From Hyphochytrium catenoides (lineage: Eukaryota; Protista; Hyphochytriomycota): a stretch of DNA of 64,000 bases. Every line of letters starts with the position of its first letter. Within the stretch, counting starts at the first letter, position 1. Positions 28,410 through 43,788 of the stretch are shown here, in pieces. The notes beneath the pieces were generated by a model. It ran no database searches, had not been told where the DNA came from, and saw only the letters and a list, made by a program, of their open reading frames with translations. Location: assembly GCA_900088475.1 (NCBI GenBank), contig FLMG01002416.1, forward strand, positions 1-64,000, in the 5' to 3' direction. The position numbers and the translations under genes were made by a program.

Positions 28410-30886
28410 GCTGGTCTTCGCAAGTCCTCTGTAACTAGGCAACTCACACCCACAAAGCTACTAAGCAGCCTCGATCCTCTACCTGAAGTATAGCCTTCTG
28501 CGCCTGTCAATTACAGAGACCCATAGACGGACGAAAGGCAACTTGAGACGCAATAATCTCAACAATAGGCTAGGAAATCCATCACGCTCTCTCACGCTTT
28601 CTCTGCCTGTGGTGGCTCTGTATTTTGACCCAGACAGCCGTTAGCCGCTATAGACAGTTCGTCTCTTTATATCCGTTAGCGGCTTATCCTGCTTGTTATT
28701 ATTGTGCCACGACAGAGAGAAGATGATGATGAATGTTCGCAGAGTCTATGGCTTTCTCATATAAAGATGCTAAAGAAGGAAGACTGAACATCATCATCAA
28801 GACCAACGGCAGGACGGGAAGACGGAGGAAGATCCTCATCGACAATCAGAGGGCAGCAGCAGCAGATCCATCATCATGGGCCTCTTCGTGCACGTGGTGG
28901 TATCATCTCCGCCGACAGAGAAAAAATGATAGTCCTTCTTCTCTTCTTCTTCCTCTTCTTCTTCTTGTCCTTCTCAATAAAGAGGATAATGCTTCGCTAC
29001 ATATAATGAATGACGATAAACTATTGAGCCGCCCCCGCTAATTCATAGTATGGTGGTGGTTGAGGGACACCTTCCTATATCTTTACAAAGGATACTACCT
29101 AATGACCGACATCATAATAGAAGCAGCAGCTCCAATCCCCTGCTGATTGCATATATGCATTATTATTAGTGCTCACCATCATCAACAATAGCGTGGGGGT
29201 CTCAGGCATAAGTACCACCCCAAGTGTTAGCAGACTAAAGCACCACTACCATTACTTAGCTTATTGCCCACGGCACCGTCGTGTGCCAGTTTTCTTACTG
29301 GTCCCTCCGGACACGTTTCGCTGGTTCTTCTCCCCATCTGCCTCTCCACTAGGGTAAGTAAAAAGCAGCAAGAAAGACAGCTGTAGAAGAGATGATGGTG
29401 ATGATATTGACTCTTTAGTTTCTGATAATGGCACGTCGATGGAACAACCAGGCTCGCCGCAGTAGTCATTGCCCCAATCTGCGGCGTTGTGATGGACGGA
29501 GGACTCTGCCTGTGGGCCTTCTTCATATGAGGTGGTGCGCAGCAGCAGTACTATTACTATGTATAATAAGGATGGAGGGTTGTGGAAGGTGATGACGAAG
29601 CACGCGAACGACACAAGGAGAAGCTTACTAATGACCATAAAGAAGAGCCTTGTTATCTTTCTAGTCTCCCGCTTTTAGAACGAGAGGTTAAACAAAGAAA
29701 TAGCAACGACGACTAATAATGTTACCAAAAAGGTGGGGGGGGGGGGCCTCCTCCGGTCATCAGCAACTATTATGACCAGGCTTCCTGTGTAGTCTCTTAA
29801 TGTTAGTAATAAGGAGGGACTTCTTTGACGTCCAAACACTAGCTTCATAAGGCCGTTGCCTCCTGCTGCCTTCTTCTGTGTGAAGATGCTTACGACGATC
29901 AATATTAATCTCTGCGATGACCCGGACCAACCACAGTGGCGGCCAACCAATGCTGCGTGATGGTTCTCTCCTCCTTTGAATTGGGAAATAAACAAGCCAA
30001 CAACTGTTGTGCCTGATGGTAATAATCGTACAGGTGGTGTCTGGCAGCAAATGTGAATAGTATATGATGGTCCCACCGAACAGGAACGGCAGTTATCACC
30101 ACCCAGCAAGCTTGACAAACCATCAATTTTTGAAATACTCACTACCGGGTGGCGGCCACGGTGAGAAAGACTAAGGGAGGAAGCAGTCTCTCCTCTACCG
30201 CCCATCATCTCATCAGCCGCTTGGCAGTTGGATACTATATCATCGCAAGGCAGAAGAAAGCAGGTTAGCCGAGGGGAGACGGAGAGATATCACAAGGCTG
30301 CAGCCTCGCTGCCAGCCAACCATCGCTGCAGTCCGCCAACAAGAACGAAAGATGGTGCTGATGATGAACGCGAAGGAGCAGGAGGGAAGTCGACGGAACT
30401 CTTCATAGTAGCGATTGAGTTGACAATAGGGAGAGCAGCAAGGAGGAGCGGACCGTTCTTGATAATAAGAAGGAGGGCAGACGTCAAGAAATTTCCTCCG
30501 CGACTGTCGTCAGTGCAGCAGCAGCCGCGGCGGCGGCCAAACTCTCTCATCACTCAAGAGCCAAATAGTGAGAACCGCCGGAAGCTCATACAGTGGTAGG
30601 CGGGGTTTCCCTCTCCAAGTAAATCACATGCCTTTACTGTGGTCACGGAAGGGGTAACTACCATGCCCTCTAGAGACCGGGGGTTATGACCAGGTTGGTT
30701 AGTAGTACAATAGGAGGGGAACAGGGGGGCCAAAAGAAAGATACCTAAGCAGAATCTGTATTCTGTTCATGCGGATTAAGAATCCTTATTGCTAGAGTGG
30801 ACCTTGTGGCGCAAGGATCTGGAATATAGAGGGCAAATTTTTGCTGGAGACAAGAAAAAAAGAACATAAGAGACAGAACGAAGGCA

Positions 30887-30891
30887 GAGAA

Positions 30892-30946
<55 letters not shown>

Positions 30947-30970
30947 GGGAAAAAGCAAGCGAGAGAGAGA
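30887..30970. repeat. (AG)n microsatellite
   Basis: Near-perfect AG run of about 20 units with purine-rich flanks. Similar tracts at about 11920-11990, 49346-49380 and 54460-54590. Confidence 0.9.
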
Positions 30971-31732
30971 AGTCTTCCTTGTGTTCTGAGAGCACAAAGG
31001 CTGGACCGATGGATGAAGACGATGGTTCGAGGGGTAGAAGAAGAGCAGCAGCAGCAGCAGCAGCTGGGGCCTGATGATTATTGGCCAAAGAGAAGTACTC
31101 GTAGTGGTCCCTTCGTATCCCTCGCTATGATACTAGGAGAGGAGAAGAGAGAGGAATGAGGCAGGTAACAGCAGTAGAAGCCGTACAAGCACAAGGAGAC
31201 AAAGTGCAGCAGTGGGCAGGGCATAAGCTCTCCTCCAGGATCGATGCCTTGCTCACTGACATATTATTAGCGCCCCTATGAGAGAGGAGAGGAGCGACCT
31301 TTGTTCCGTGCACAGCGGCGCCATAGACTCTATATACACTTGATAGACCACGCACAGAACGCCGTTCTCCATACTGACCTTGCCTTACCGACGTCCTCCC
31401 GAGTAGTAGCTCAAGACTGGTCTCTGCTTAACGAATCCTGACTAGTCGATCGTCCTTTGGCCTCGTCGCAGCAGAGGTAGAGAAGGATGAAGCTGTAGGA
31501 TCACTGGTGACTGCTAGGGAATCAAAGCAGCGCGTTCTCAAGCAACATAGTTGTCCTCTTAGTAGTCCCGGCGCTTACACGATGAGCGACACCGCTAGCA
31601 GAGACTAAAATAATCATCCCTGCTTCTTTCCCTTCTTCTNNNNNNNNNNNNNNNNNNNNNNNNNNNNNNNNNNNNNNNNNNNNNNNNNNNNNNNNNNNNN
31701 NNNNNNNNNNNNNNNNNNNNNNNNNNNNNNNN

Positions 31733-33501
31733 GGGATACTGGCGCTCTATTGCAGAGCGTCCGGACCCGACAGCAGCTGCAGCCGGAGGACTTGGAGGCC
31801 AGGAACAAGTCCGGCCGAACACCACTTCTCTTGGCCTGCAAGCATGGCCATCCTGATCTCGCCATCCAGCTCATTAGGCTGGGCGCTGATGTCAATGCCG
31901 CAGAGGATCTGCGGCCAGAGGAAAAGCGAAAGCCCACGGGGAACACCATCTTGCACTACGCGTGCAAGCTACGCAGTTCCTCGCTTGTGGATCTTCTGCT
32001 TGATAAAGGCGCCAATCCATTCGTTTGGAACTCTACAGGCACGTCTGCGCTGGACGTGGCGCGTATGGTGAAGAACTGGGAGGTTGCCCTCGTTCTACGA
32101 CGGCGACTGGCGGTGATGCGCGGCTGGGTCCAGGTGGACTACCATCCTTTGCTTAGTAGAGAACATCAAGAGGGAGGAGGCGTGGAGAGGAAGGGGCTCG
32201 TCGTGGGCAGCAGCGGGTGGCAGGGCAAACAGTTCTGTCTCGTGCTACAGAGCGGCTGCCCTGACGCCCTCGAGCTTCTCTTCTTTGACTCTGAGAGCGC
32301 AGCGGGAGAAGCGACCCTCCTCCGCACCTTTCACGTCAACTCGATCGTGCCTCCGCAGCTGCTTACACTGCGTCGAGCCTCTTCTTCCTCATCTAAGCAG
32401 GACAGGGGACCCAAGGAACAACCGAAAGGAAGAAAGGCAGTCCGCATAGAGGTGGGGGAGTGGGCTCTGCGGCCGATGAAGAACGGTAAACTGATGGTGA
32501 TGACAGACAGAACGGAGACGAGGGCCAGTGGAGCGCTGACTCTGTTGTTTGATGACCGCAGAGAGACAGAGAGGTGGTTTAACTTCTTCAAAGAGGAGGC
32601 AAAGCAGGCCGCAGCTCGACCTCTTTCCTCTTCTCTTCACGTCGGTATTAACCTCTCTTCCCACTCTTCAGTTCTCTCTGCGCCCGTCAGCGCAGCTGCT
32701 CCACGCTACTGTCGGGTCTGCAAAGGAGGTAAGACAAAGTCGTCAGGGCAGCCATGCCAGAGCTGCAGAAGCCGCCGTTCTCATCATCAGCCTCGTCGCC
32801 CCTCAGACTTCTACCAGTCGAGAGGCCGAGAAAGTTCCTCGACTCTTTCTCCTCGCCGAGCACATGGCCAAGCAGCGAAAGGAGAGCTTTCCGGTGACGT
32901 CCATCCACCAGGCTCAAACGCTGCTTTCTTAGCTGGAGAGACAGAGGAACCAGAGCCAGAGAGCACGCCCTTTCCTTTCGATGTCTCTGCCTTCCAACCA
33001 AAACAAATGAAGGAGGAGGAGCTGATGCAGCTTGCCATTGAGAGGAGTCTGCCCTCTGTAGAGAAAGGGCAGCAGGTAGTCGACACCCCGCCTCTAGGAC
33101 CTCCACCAATGATGCCCCTGGCGAAGAAGCTAGACGACGAGCATTACACAGGCGCAGGAGGCGGACCACAGGCGATAATGAAGACGGTGTCAGGGGGTCC
33201 TGCGGCCCTTTCCGTCCATGGAGCGGAGGAAGAAGAGGCTAAAGCTGGAATGGTCACTCGAAAAGAGAGCAAGCCAGATGTGAGGCGGAGTGAGAAGGCG
33301 GCCGGAGAAGAGGGAGAGATTCTGTTCCAGGGAGGAGAGGAGTGTTTGGTGTGCTTCGGAGCCTTCAGGACCGGTATCTGCGTGCCTTGCGGGCATAATG
33401 TCGCGTGTATGGACTGTCTGACGGAGGTCAAACAGTCGAACGGGTTGTGTCCCTATTGCCGTCAGGAGATCCGAGAAGCCATCCGCCTTTACAAGGTCTG
33501 A
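31733..33501 (+). CDS. Ankyrin + PH-like + Zn-ribbon + UIM + RING E3 ubiquitin ligase (XBAT3x-like), copy A; 5' end in gap
   Basis: GRTPLLLACKHG and GNTILHYAC ankyrins; MRGWV..W..FCLVL..ERWFNFF PH-like region; CRVC..CQSC; UIM EEELMQLAIERSL; C3HC4 RING CLVC..CVPCGHNVACMDC..CPYCR. The frame is open back to the gap at 31640-31732. Confidence 0.88.
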
Positions 33502-34303
33502 CGACATCCTAGTACCAGCGGAAAGGGGAAAGGGAGAGAGAATTGGTGAAGGGGAAGAAGGGTTGTCAAATTTGAGGAGAAGAACGAGAAACTTAGGAGC
33601 CGCCCATCCTTGGTACCGCACGCTTTGACTGCTGGAGCAGGGATACGCTTCTTCATGATCCTGAGAAAAATAGGGCTGAAGGAGCCATGGCGACAGAAGG
33701 CTTAGAAGCGGAAGACGAAGGGAGACGGAAGGGAAAGTAAAAAGAGAGAGAGACAGACGGAGAGACGACGAAATAAAGAGAGAGAGCCACAGCTATACCT
33801 CCCATCGTCGGAGCAAGGCGGAGATGGCTCTGAAGGGCATCTCTTTATAAGTGTACTATAGGTCGTTGTATAGTGTGTGTCCTAGTGGCGGCTATCCCCA
33901 GGTGCCTGACGCGAGGGATTGTGAATGGCTAAGCTATATAAATCTATGGCCTGAACCAGCAGAGACGCCTCCTGCAAACTAATGTGACCTGATCACTGTG
34001 CAGCTCACTAGTGTCAATATAACTGCGTTTATAATGTGTACTGGCACACACACGGGAGAAGAGGCCCCTGTTGAAGCTAACGTTATGTGCCTTCCTTCAC
34101 CCTCCTGGTACTAACACTGCTGCATATAATGCAGCAGGTGCGGTAGGAGCACTGGCAAATGGTTCCAGTGACCCTGTTTCTGACTTGTCCCCAGCATGGC
34201 GAGGGAGCAAAACATTGGGCACCTGCGCCCATTTTATAGAGAGAATTAGGAGAGGATGCAAGGTGGCTGGTCGCACCCTTCTCTCCTCTGTTCTCCGATC
34301 GGC

Positions 34304-37300
34304 TTATCTCCTCCTGATTGTGGCCTGTAAGTCCTTCACTCTTGCGAGAATCTCCTCCACCTTCCTCTCACAGACATCCAGCTGAACGTCGTGGGACGCC
34401 TATGAGGAAAAACCAATGATACGAGGAGATTCATGAGTTAGCAAGGTACAGCTTCTCTTTTCTTTCTGCTAGTCCTTCAATGTCACGGGTGCACTGTCCC
34501 TTGCGTTCATCCGTCCAGTTAGCCTCGATGGTGATGCTTCCATTTCTATTCCTGTTCTCTGATAGGCTAGACTTCAAAACGTTCTGTACCTGCTTTCTGA
34601 GAATGAGCTGCAGCGTCTGCTCAAGGAGCTGCGAAGGCTCATCAGAGGCGTTGGAGGCTCCACTTGCCGACCGCCGATTACCTAGCACATAAGCTTTGTG
34701 TCAGTTGCTTGGTTAAGCCTCTTTTTAACCTTATGGAACTCGAGAAGTAGACATGACAGTGAGATAGGTTGGGACCGAGCGCTGCGTAGCTAAGCCTTAC
34801 GTGCAGTATGGAAAAACCTCCATGGAGATGGGGTGGCCCTCGGCACCGGCCTAGGGATCGGAGGTGAAGAACCGTAGAAAGATTTCTCCGGGAGCTTCCG
34901 GAGGTTGAGGCCGAAGGACCAGCAAGGGGGGGCGCATATGTGAATGCATACGTTAGGTGGCGATTGAATAGGGGAACGGAGGTCCAGGAAGACAATTAGT
35001 ATGTGAGAAAGACAGTGCGAGAAAGAACCAGATATGAACTATTAAGAAATCGAGGTGAGGAGACTGTTATTCACAAGGGAAATGCCGCAAGACAGAGTGG
35101 CAGTCGGCAATACTGAGAATAGGACATCCATTCAGCGTCAACATCGACTTGCAAAGCACCTGAGGCTCATCCACTGGTGCTCCATTCTGCGGACCAGTCA
35201 GAGCTTCCTCGGGCTTAGAGTAGCCTTCTTTGCCTAGGAGATATCCACCTGTTAGTGGCTAGTCCAGTCAAGGCAATAGTATTGAGACAGGTCCACAAGG
35301 AGACGAGACGGTGGTTGTGGAATGAGCGAGAGAGAGAACGGATGGGGCAGAAAAAAAATAACGGTGTTAGAGCACACAGAAGCGTGTTTAGTCTCACTCG
35401 CGTCAGGAGAGAGGCTTGAGAACTCTCTTTCTAGTATGTGAGCCAGCAGCTCACTCTGCTCTCTTTCCTTCTCATTTTCTTCATCTATCAGCATCTCGAC
35501 AAAGCCACTAGACACTATGCCCGCAGGTATACAGAAAATTATGCTGCCCAACACGGCGACTAGACAGCCGAAGGCCTTCCCGGCGGGAGTTATTGGCACC
35601 ATGTCTCCATACCTTAGATGTTTGAAGAGAGCGGTCAAGTTAGAAACGAGGGAGAAGAGCAACACACGTAGTAGAACCTTAAGGCGTCGTTGGCTCCTGA
35701 GCGAGATGAAGAAGAAGTAAGCATGTGACAGACAGTAGAAGTGTCATGGGAAAGAGACAAACAGGCGCCTTAGGGACACTCACCCTACGGAGGTAATGGT
35801 AACCACTGTCCACCACGCGCTTGCAGGCACGGAAGAGAAAACATCGGGCTGCTCATTGTGCTCAATGAAGAATCTAGGAAGTGACAAAGCGAGGAGATAT
35901 ATTAGCGTACTCCTAGGAGTGTTGAAAACATAAGGTTAACATGGTTCACACTGATCGCAGTGAAGCTGCATGGAGCCAGTTCTTGTCCGTTCATGGTATG
36001 CAGATACTCACATGATGGTAGAACAGAGGATGATGCACAGGGCCAGGAGGTACACGAGGATAGCCAACTCGCCCTATCGAAGAACGAACTTGCATTAGAA
36101 AGCTAGCGGGATGGTGATAAGGCAAACATCTCAGAATCCAGGATTTTGGAACAAGCGGTGTCGGCTTGCAGTATGGACAAAGCAGGAGAGAGTGAAGCAG
36201 GAGAGAGAGAGATGAAAATCTATGGTTCAAGGTAGGTCTTTAGGAAGGAAGGCAGCTAGCCTTAAGAGTGACGTATAGATATCATAGATATCAGCCCGCC
36301 GCCAGTATCTAGCATTCAATGACAGCAGCTCTAGTGGCTGACAGCTAGAGTAAGCGTTAACATAACAGTAAGCGTCCACCGCCTACCCTTTTCTTTGTGA
36401 AGACCTTCTTCAAACTGATGAAGGCACGATATTGGCCCTCAAGTCTAAGAAGAGATATAAACCGCAGAAGCCGGACCACCCGGATCGTCATCGCGCCGCG
36501 GTAGCCCACATCAGGCTCACTTGAGATAGACGATGAAGACGGAAAGCGGGTCACGAAGTGTCTCGGTGCAACGTGCAATGCTTGGGACAGAGGGATGCCT
36601 ATAGACCTTTGTACCTGTTGCTTGACATGTTTTCGTAGACATCCAGGTAGAAAGGGAGAAGACAGACGAAGTCTAAAACCGGTCCGGGCGTCACCATCCA
36701 GCGCAGTCTGGCGAGCAAAGAGCGCTGAGACTCCACTGCTGTACCTGTACGCCACGATGTGCTCCCTTTGCCATGCGGTCCCTCCCTCCAACCTGCCTAA
36801 TGCCCTTCGCTGCCCCACTTTTTCCCTTCACACCGTTATTTGCCGTTATTGCTATTGGATGCTCTCTCAAGTGCATCGGATCACCCAGTCGCGCAGTCAC
36901 TTCACAGGTTTAAAAGATTGCAACATCCCTCGTCTGTGCCTTACCTGCCCATCGAACCTTGATAGCGCTTGTCTGCCACACAGGACCATAGTCGGAGCAG
37001 GTACTCTATAGTGAACACGGCGGTAGAGAAGAGGAGAAAAAAGAAGTACCAGCTGCCCAAGAGCTCTGGACGGAAGAGGTGACAAGGGCAGAGAGACAGA
37101 GACCGAGAGTTAGACAAAGAGGAAGTGTACAAAGCTTAGGGCTTGCTGCCTATCGATTCCGAAACGCCGGTCCGTTGTTACCTGTCTCGCTTCGAGAAGG
37201 GTCGTAAGAGCAGAGCATGACAAGGATAACGTTGCTGATGATGAGGATGAGTATAAGAGTCTCCACTGCTTTAGACCATCGCGACCACTTTGAGCCACTT

Positions 37301-37766
37301 TTCTCATCGTGAATAAAGTGCATCACTAGCCACGTGATGTCCCGGAAGCTTAGCGAAGCCTTGTCCAGGTCTTTGGGTAGGGTAGATCGAGTGTACCTAG
37401 AAACTCCATTTAGTCAGAAAAGACGTTGCGGCGTGCTTAGAGAGGTGCTCTCACCCTTCATTCTGCCGTCCCTCCTTCAGCTTGCGACTGCTCTGAAGAA
37501 GCGGTAACTCCTCGTGATTCATCTTGTCCTTTGCCTATGAACGTTAAGAAGGCTAGCTCCACCAAGACCTCGGGACATCAACAAACGTGCAATATCCTCA
37601 CCCTTCGGGAGTGAGTGTCGGCCAGGCTGAGGCCCCACTGGAGCTCACGCAGTACGCGCTAGCGTTATGATGATTGCATGTCCTCTTGCCGATGCCCTCT
37701 CAACAGTCATGCTGGTCCACCTGCCAGGCAGGCATCGCACTCTTCTCTCTCACCTTCTCCCAACAT
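34304..37766 (-). CDS. Voltage-gated K+ channel (6TM, Kv-type), multi-exon
   Basis: S1 VETLILILIISNVILVML; S2 FTIEYLLRLW; S3 VLDFVCLLPFYL; S4 IRVVRLLRFISLLRLE; pore FSSVPASAWWTVVTITSVG|YGDMVPITPAGK; S6 FCIPAGIVSSGF; C-terminal coiled coil. Start and tail exons are tentative. Confidence 0.88.
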
Positions 37767-38196
37767 CACTCCGCTTCTGACAGTAGGAACTTTGCTGCAG
37801 CTCTTGCTGCTATTGCTTCTTATCTTGGATATCAGTAATCGAGTCTCGATAACTAGAGATTGATACATCAAAGGTTTGGCGCTTGGCGCGAACTGTGACG
37901 CTTGAAAAGCATGAAGAGCAACCGAGCGATAAATTGCAGGATTGGGACACCTTGAGAAAGAGCAGATCGTACTCGGCTCGCAAGTGGTTATTAGGAGGTG
38001 TTCCCGCTGCTTCACCTAAGCGCGGGAGAACATTTCTACCTGCGCAACTGTCCACATACGCCCACCGCACACTGAAGGATGATGAGACCTACGAAGCGCT
38101 ACGAAGCGCTACTCTTGGACGATACCAAACCAAACAGGCCAATATTCCTAGGATGAGCATATAAGATACGCGCAACTGCCGCTTTGGGGTGGTGAT

Positions 38197-40241
<2,045 letters not shown>

Positions 40242-40251
40242 TGAAGTAGCT

Positions 40252-41206
40252 TTAATGGACTGGAGTCACGGTCATTGCCAAAAAGGCATGCGGCCTACTT
40301 TTGCTCTGTTCCAGAACCAAAACTCTAGAAAATCTGCCCTTGAGGAGGAGGTACTCTTCTTGCCGTTGACTAATGAGGTTGGTGTCAAAGGCCTCGAGCC
40401 GCACATGCGCTACTTGGCTCTTGCGTAGAACTCCCAACGTAAAACCCTGTTGTACGAGCAGCTTCGATAGCTGGTTGTGTCGGGGCCCTATAAAAGCTAG
40501 GATGGCGGCGAGTGCAACTATGAAAACCTGAGTCCGGTATGAAGACTGCGCGGAGTCGCAAACGTGATAAGTGTCATCCAGTCTATTGTGCACACTAGCG
40601 TAGGATAGACACGGGAAAGTTGGAGACCAATGTGGCGCAGGCGACACAGCAAAATGCCCGAGGTCTAGTGCAGCTGGAGCACCATGATTCACGGATACTT
40701 CGTTGTGGCATTCAGGAAAGACTTGCCTCCCGATGTCGTAGATTGGAGGCTTCTGCGGCCCTGGGGCAAAGACGATGGTGAGTTTTTTTATACCCTTAAG
40801 CAATAGACAAACCTTCCTTACTTGTAGGTACTTTCACTAAGACATCTTGCTCTTGGCCCCTCTTGACCTCCAGACGAAAGTGCAGCTCCATGAGTAGGTT
40901 TGGAATTGAGAGTGTATCAATTAGTACCTGACCAAGGAGCATACGCAACTGAAAGTTGCCCGTGTTTGAGGTTTCAGCGTACTCGGTCTCCGCGAGCTCT
41001 CCTAGCAACCAGAGGTCCATATACACCCTTTCTTTTGCCAGTGGCACGGTCACATTACCCTTCGGCGGTCCCAGCGTTGCATTGCAGTGGAACTCTCCGA
41101 AAATCATAATCGAGCCTCCTGCATTCACCTCTACTTCGAAGCGAGGGAAGCTAACGCTCGGGCTGCCATACATAAGCACTAGCGATAACAGGATCATATG
41201 TGCCAT
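40252..41206 (-). CDS. Uncharacterised type-I membrane protein (signal peptide + one TM), 2 exons
   Basis: MAHMILLSLVLMYG signal-like start. A 52-nt phase-1 GT-AG intron (40812-40761) joins ORFs 40796-41263 and 40252-40803. TM segment VFIVALAAILAFIG; N-glycosylation sequons NAT and NVT. Confidence 0.55.
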
Positions 41207-41868
41207 CCATGATGAGTGAGTTCTGTAGCAAAGTCTTCTGGAAGCCGAAGTGCTATCCACCATGATTCAAGCGCTACTAGCTCGATCTATAACCCTTCTC
41301 AATATTATATGTCCAGAGCATTCCCTTGGCCCACGAGGAATAAACAAGTGCTCTGTCTTTTCAAGCTGCTTGAGCTCCATGGGCCAAAACGAACCCGTCT
41401 ACCTGTCGGCGAAACTTTGTAAATGGCTGGGAGATTCCCTATCTACTTATGGCACAGCGCCCGCCAAGTCCAATGCACGCAGCGAGAAGAGGCTAGTGCA
41501 GGTGACAATACATCTATTATCTTTTCAATTGCGTTCAGAGATATCAAAGGGGCCGCGGGATTGATTTGGAGCGGAAACGTAAATCAGCAGAAGGCAATAG
41601 CGACAGTTCTAAACTAATCAGAAATGGTGGCGGCGGGTGAAGGGCTCTCCTCTCCGATAACGAAGGCATTAAGGTGGACTAACGAAGAACATAGCCAAGA
41701 AACAACTTCATTATTTACAGTATGGCGCGCAGAGCCTGCCGCTTTACAGTGATTACTATTACAATAGACAGCAGCTGTGTCCCGATCGATCTCGATAAAG
41801 GAGGACCAAGCCGCCAACACGGGCGGTATTCCCTATTGCCACCAACTCAAAGCCCTCCCTCCCCTTAT

Positions 41869-43788
41869 TTAAACCTTGTACAGTCGGATAGCTTCCCGGA
41901 TCTCCTGTCGGCAGTAGGGGCAAAGCCCATGGGCCTCCTTGACCTCTATCAAGCACTCCACGCAAGCTACATTGTGTCCACATGGTACACAAATCCCGGT
42001 CCTCGATGCCTCGAAGCATACGAGACACTCATCTGAGTCGTCCTTGTCTTTTTGCTCCTGACTTTGGGGCTGGTTTCCAGCATCTTTCAGCACCGCTGCA
42101 GGAGGTGCCGAAGGCTCCGCATTCTCGGTAGGTCGTGGGGATGCCCGATTATTTGCATCCGCCACTCCTTCTAAGCGTACGTGAAGATGTGCAGCGCTGA
42201 TGGCTAGGCCCGCTCCATCTGCAGCGATATCAGTTGACAGGCTCCTTTCAATGGCAAGACGCACCAACTCATCCTCGTCTAAATCGCCAGGTTGAAATAT
42301 AGAGACGTTCCTTGGCGCACTGGGGTCTGGATGGCTCCCTATCTCCGCCACTACACCTTCGCTAATATCCTGATGCAGGGGGCCCAACGGGGCGGACGGG
42401 ATAACGCTTGGGCTTCTTTCTATGGGTCTCCCAGAAGTAGGCACCACCTGAACCTCATCTATGTCCGGGGAGGTGATAAGAGGAGCCCCGCAGAACTTGC
42501 AAAAGGCATCTGATAAGCCGGCTTCCACTGTGCACAGGGGGCACCGCCGCCCTGCTCCAGAAGATGTGGAGCCAGTGGCTGTGCTCGATGAGTTGGACCC
42601 TATGTTGATAAAGAGGGGTCTGGAAGCGGCGGCTGTAGCTTCATGCTTGAAAAACTCTAGCCATTGCTGAGTGTCTTGAGACGTGTCGCAGCTGATTGTC
42701 ACAGCCGCACTCGCTTTCGTCCGGGTACGGTCGGTGACCAGGTCCTCATGATGTTTGATCCATTCCCCCACTTCTAGTCGTATTCCATCCTTGCACTGCG
42801 GTGACGAGCCTGACAGCCAAGACGACTGCTCTCTGATCAACTCAGGAGGATGGACAAAATTAACGTGAAACGTCCGGACGAGCGAGGGCTCTCCAACCGT
42901 GATCTTGGTATCGAAGAACACTATTTCAAGGATATCTGGACACCCACTCTGCAACACCATGCAGTACTTCCGTTTCCAGCTGTTGCCTCCAAAATCAAAC
43001 CCGAGCATCTTGTTCCAAAGTGATTTCGAGCTTACCAAGACCCACCCTTCCTTCACTACCAGCCTTTGCTGTAAGACACTAGCCACTTCCCAGTTCTTAC
43101 TGTGCCGCGCGACATCTAGCGCTGAAGCGCCGCGAGAGTTCCATATAAATGGATTAGCCCCTTTCTCCATAAGAGCACTTACTAGAGAGACATTCCGGAG
43201 TTTGCATGCATAGTGAAGAACCGAGTTGCCGCTCGCCTTCTTCCTTTCCGGCATCCACTCCTCGACAGCATTCACATTGGAACCGAGCTTGATGAGGTGA
43301 ATCGCGAGGTCTGGGTGACCATGTTTGCAAGCCAGTAAAAGCGGCGTGCGGCCAGACCTATTCTTGGCCTCTAGATCTTCAACACGAAGTTCATGCCGCC
43401 TAGCTGCAATTTGCATCACCACGCTGATGTCTCCATTCGTGGCGGCCTTGATTAGCCTCTCTCCGACTGAGGCGCTGGACGAATTGCCCATCAGCAAAGC
43501 GGATAAAGGTAGACTGGCTTGTTCCAATGACTGATACAATGCGGGCAGGACCCTCTCCTCTACAAATTTAGCAAGCTTTGTACTCAACCAGCTCAATGCG
43601 TAGACCGATGCAATGCCCACCCAAGCCTTGAGGTTGTCCTTGTTGTCACAGCGACGGCGGCGATAATCTCTGCCCCTTTCCTCTCCTTCGTTCTCCGAGT
43701 CTCGTCTACGCCTATTAGGTCTCCTCGAGCCTGCACTACGGCCCAGCGTGAGGCTCAGAGTACCGTCATCGCCAATATCCAGCTGCAT
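41869..43788 (-). CDS. Ankyrin + PH-like + Zn-ribbon + UIM + RING E3 ubiquitin ligase, copy B (single exon; true start may be 43491)
   Basis: Same architecture as copy A: ankyrins, KEGWV..WKRKYCMVL, CPLC..FCKFCGAPL, DEDELVRLAIERSL, and RING ending LCPYCRQEIREAIRLYKV. Confidence 0.9.
   Translation of the reverse strand: MQLDIGDDGTLSLTLGRSAGSRRPNRRRRDSENEGEERGRDYRRRRCDNKDNLKAWVGIASVYALSWLSTKLAKFVEERVLPALYQSLEQASLPLSALLMGNSSSASVGERLIKAATNGDISVVMQIAARRHELRVEDLEAKNRSGRTPLLLACKHGHPDLAIHLIKLGSNVNAVEEWMPERKKASGNSVLHYACKLRNVSLVSALMEKGANPFIWNSRGASALDVARHSKNWEVASVLQQRLVVKEGWVLVSSKSLWNKMLGFDFGGNSWKRKYCMVLQSGCPDILEIVFFDTKITVGEPSLVRTFHVNFVHPPELIREQSSWLSGSSPQCKDGIRLEVGEWIKHHEDLVTDRTRTKASAAVTISCDTSQDTQQWLEFFKHEATAAASRPLFINIGSNSSSTATGSTSSGAGRRCPLCTVEAGLSDAFCKFCGAPLITSPDIDEVQVVPTSGRPIERSPSVIPSAPLGPLHQDISEGVVAEIGSHPDPSAPRNVSIFQPGDLDEDELVRLAIERSLSTDIAADGAGLAISAAHLHVRLEGVADANNRASPRPTENAEPSAPPAAVLKDAGNQPQSQEQKDKDDSDECLVCFEASRTGICVPCGHNVACVECLIEVKEAHGLCPYCRQEIREAIRLYKV

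Noticed and set aside
28700-31600. Many 60-180 aa ORFs on both strands
   Set aside because: Low-complexity CAG/CAT/GAA-rich intergenic DNA with no domains or coherent exon chain. I found no alignable match to the similar-looking 44.5-45.3 kb region.
38090-38113. 10-bp tandem repeat CTACGAAGCG x2.4 in the Kv/TTLL1 promoter
   Set aside because: Too short to distinguish from replication slippage.
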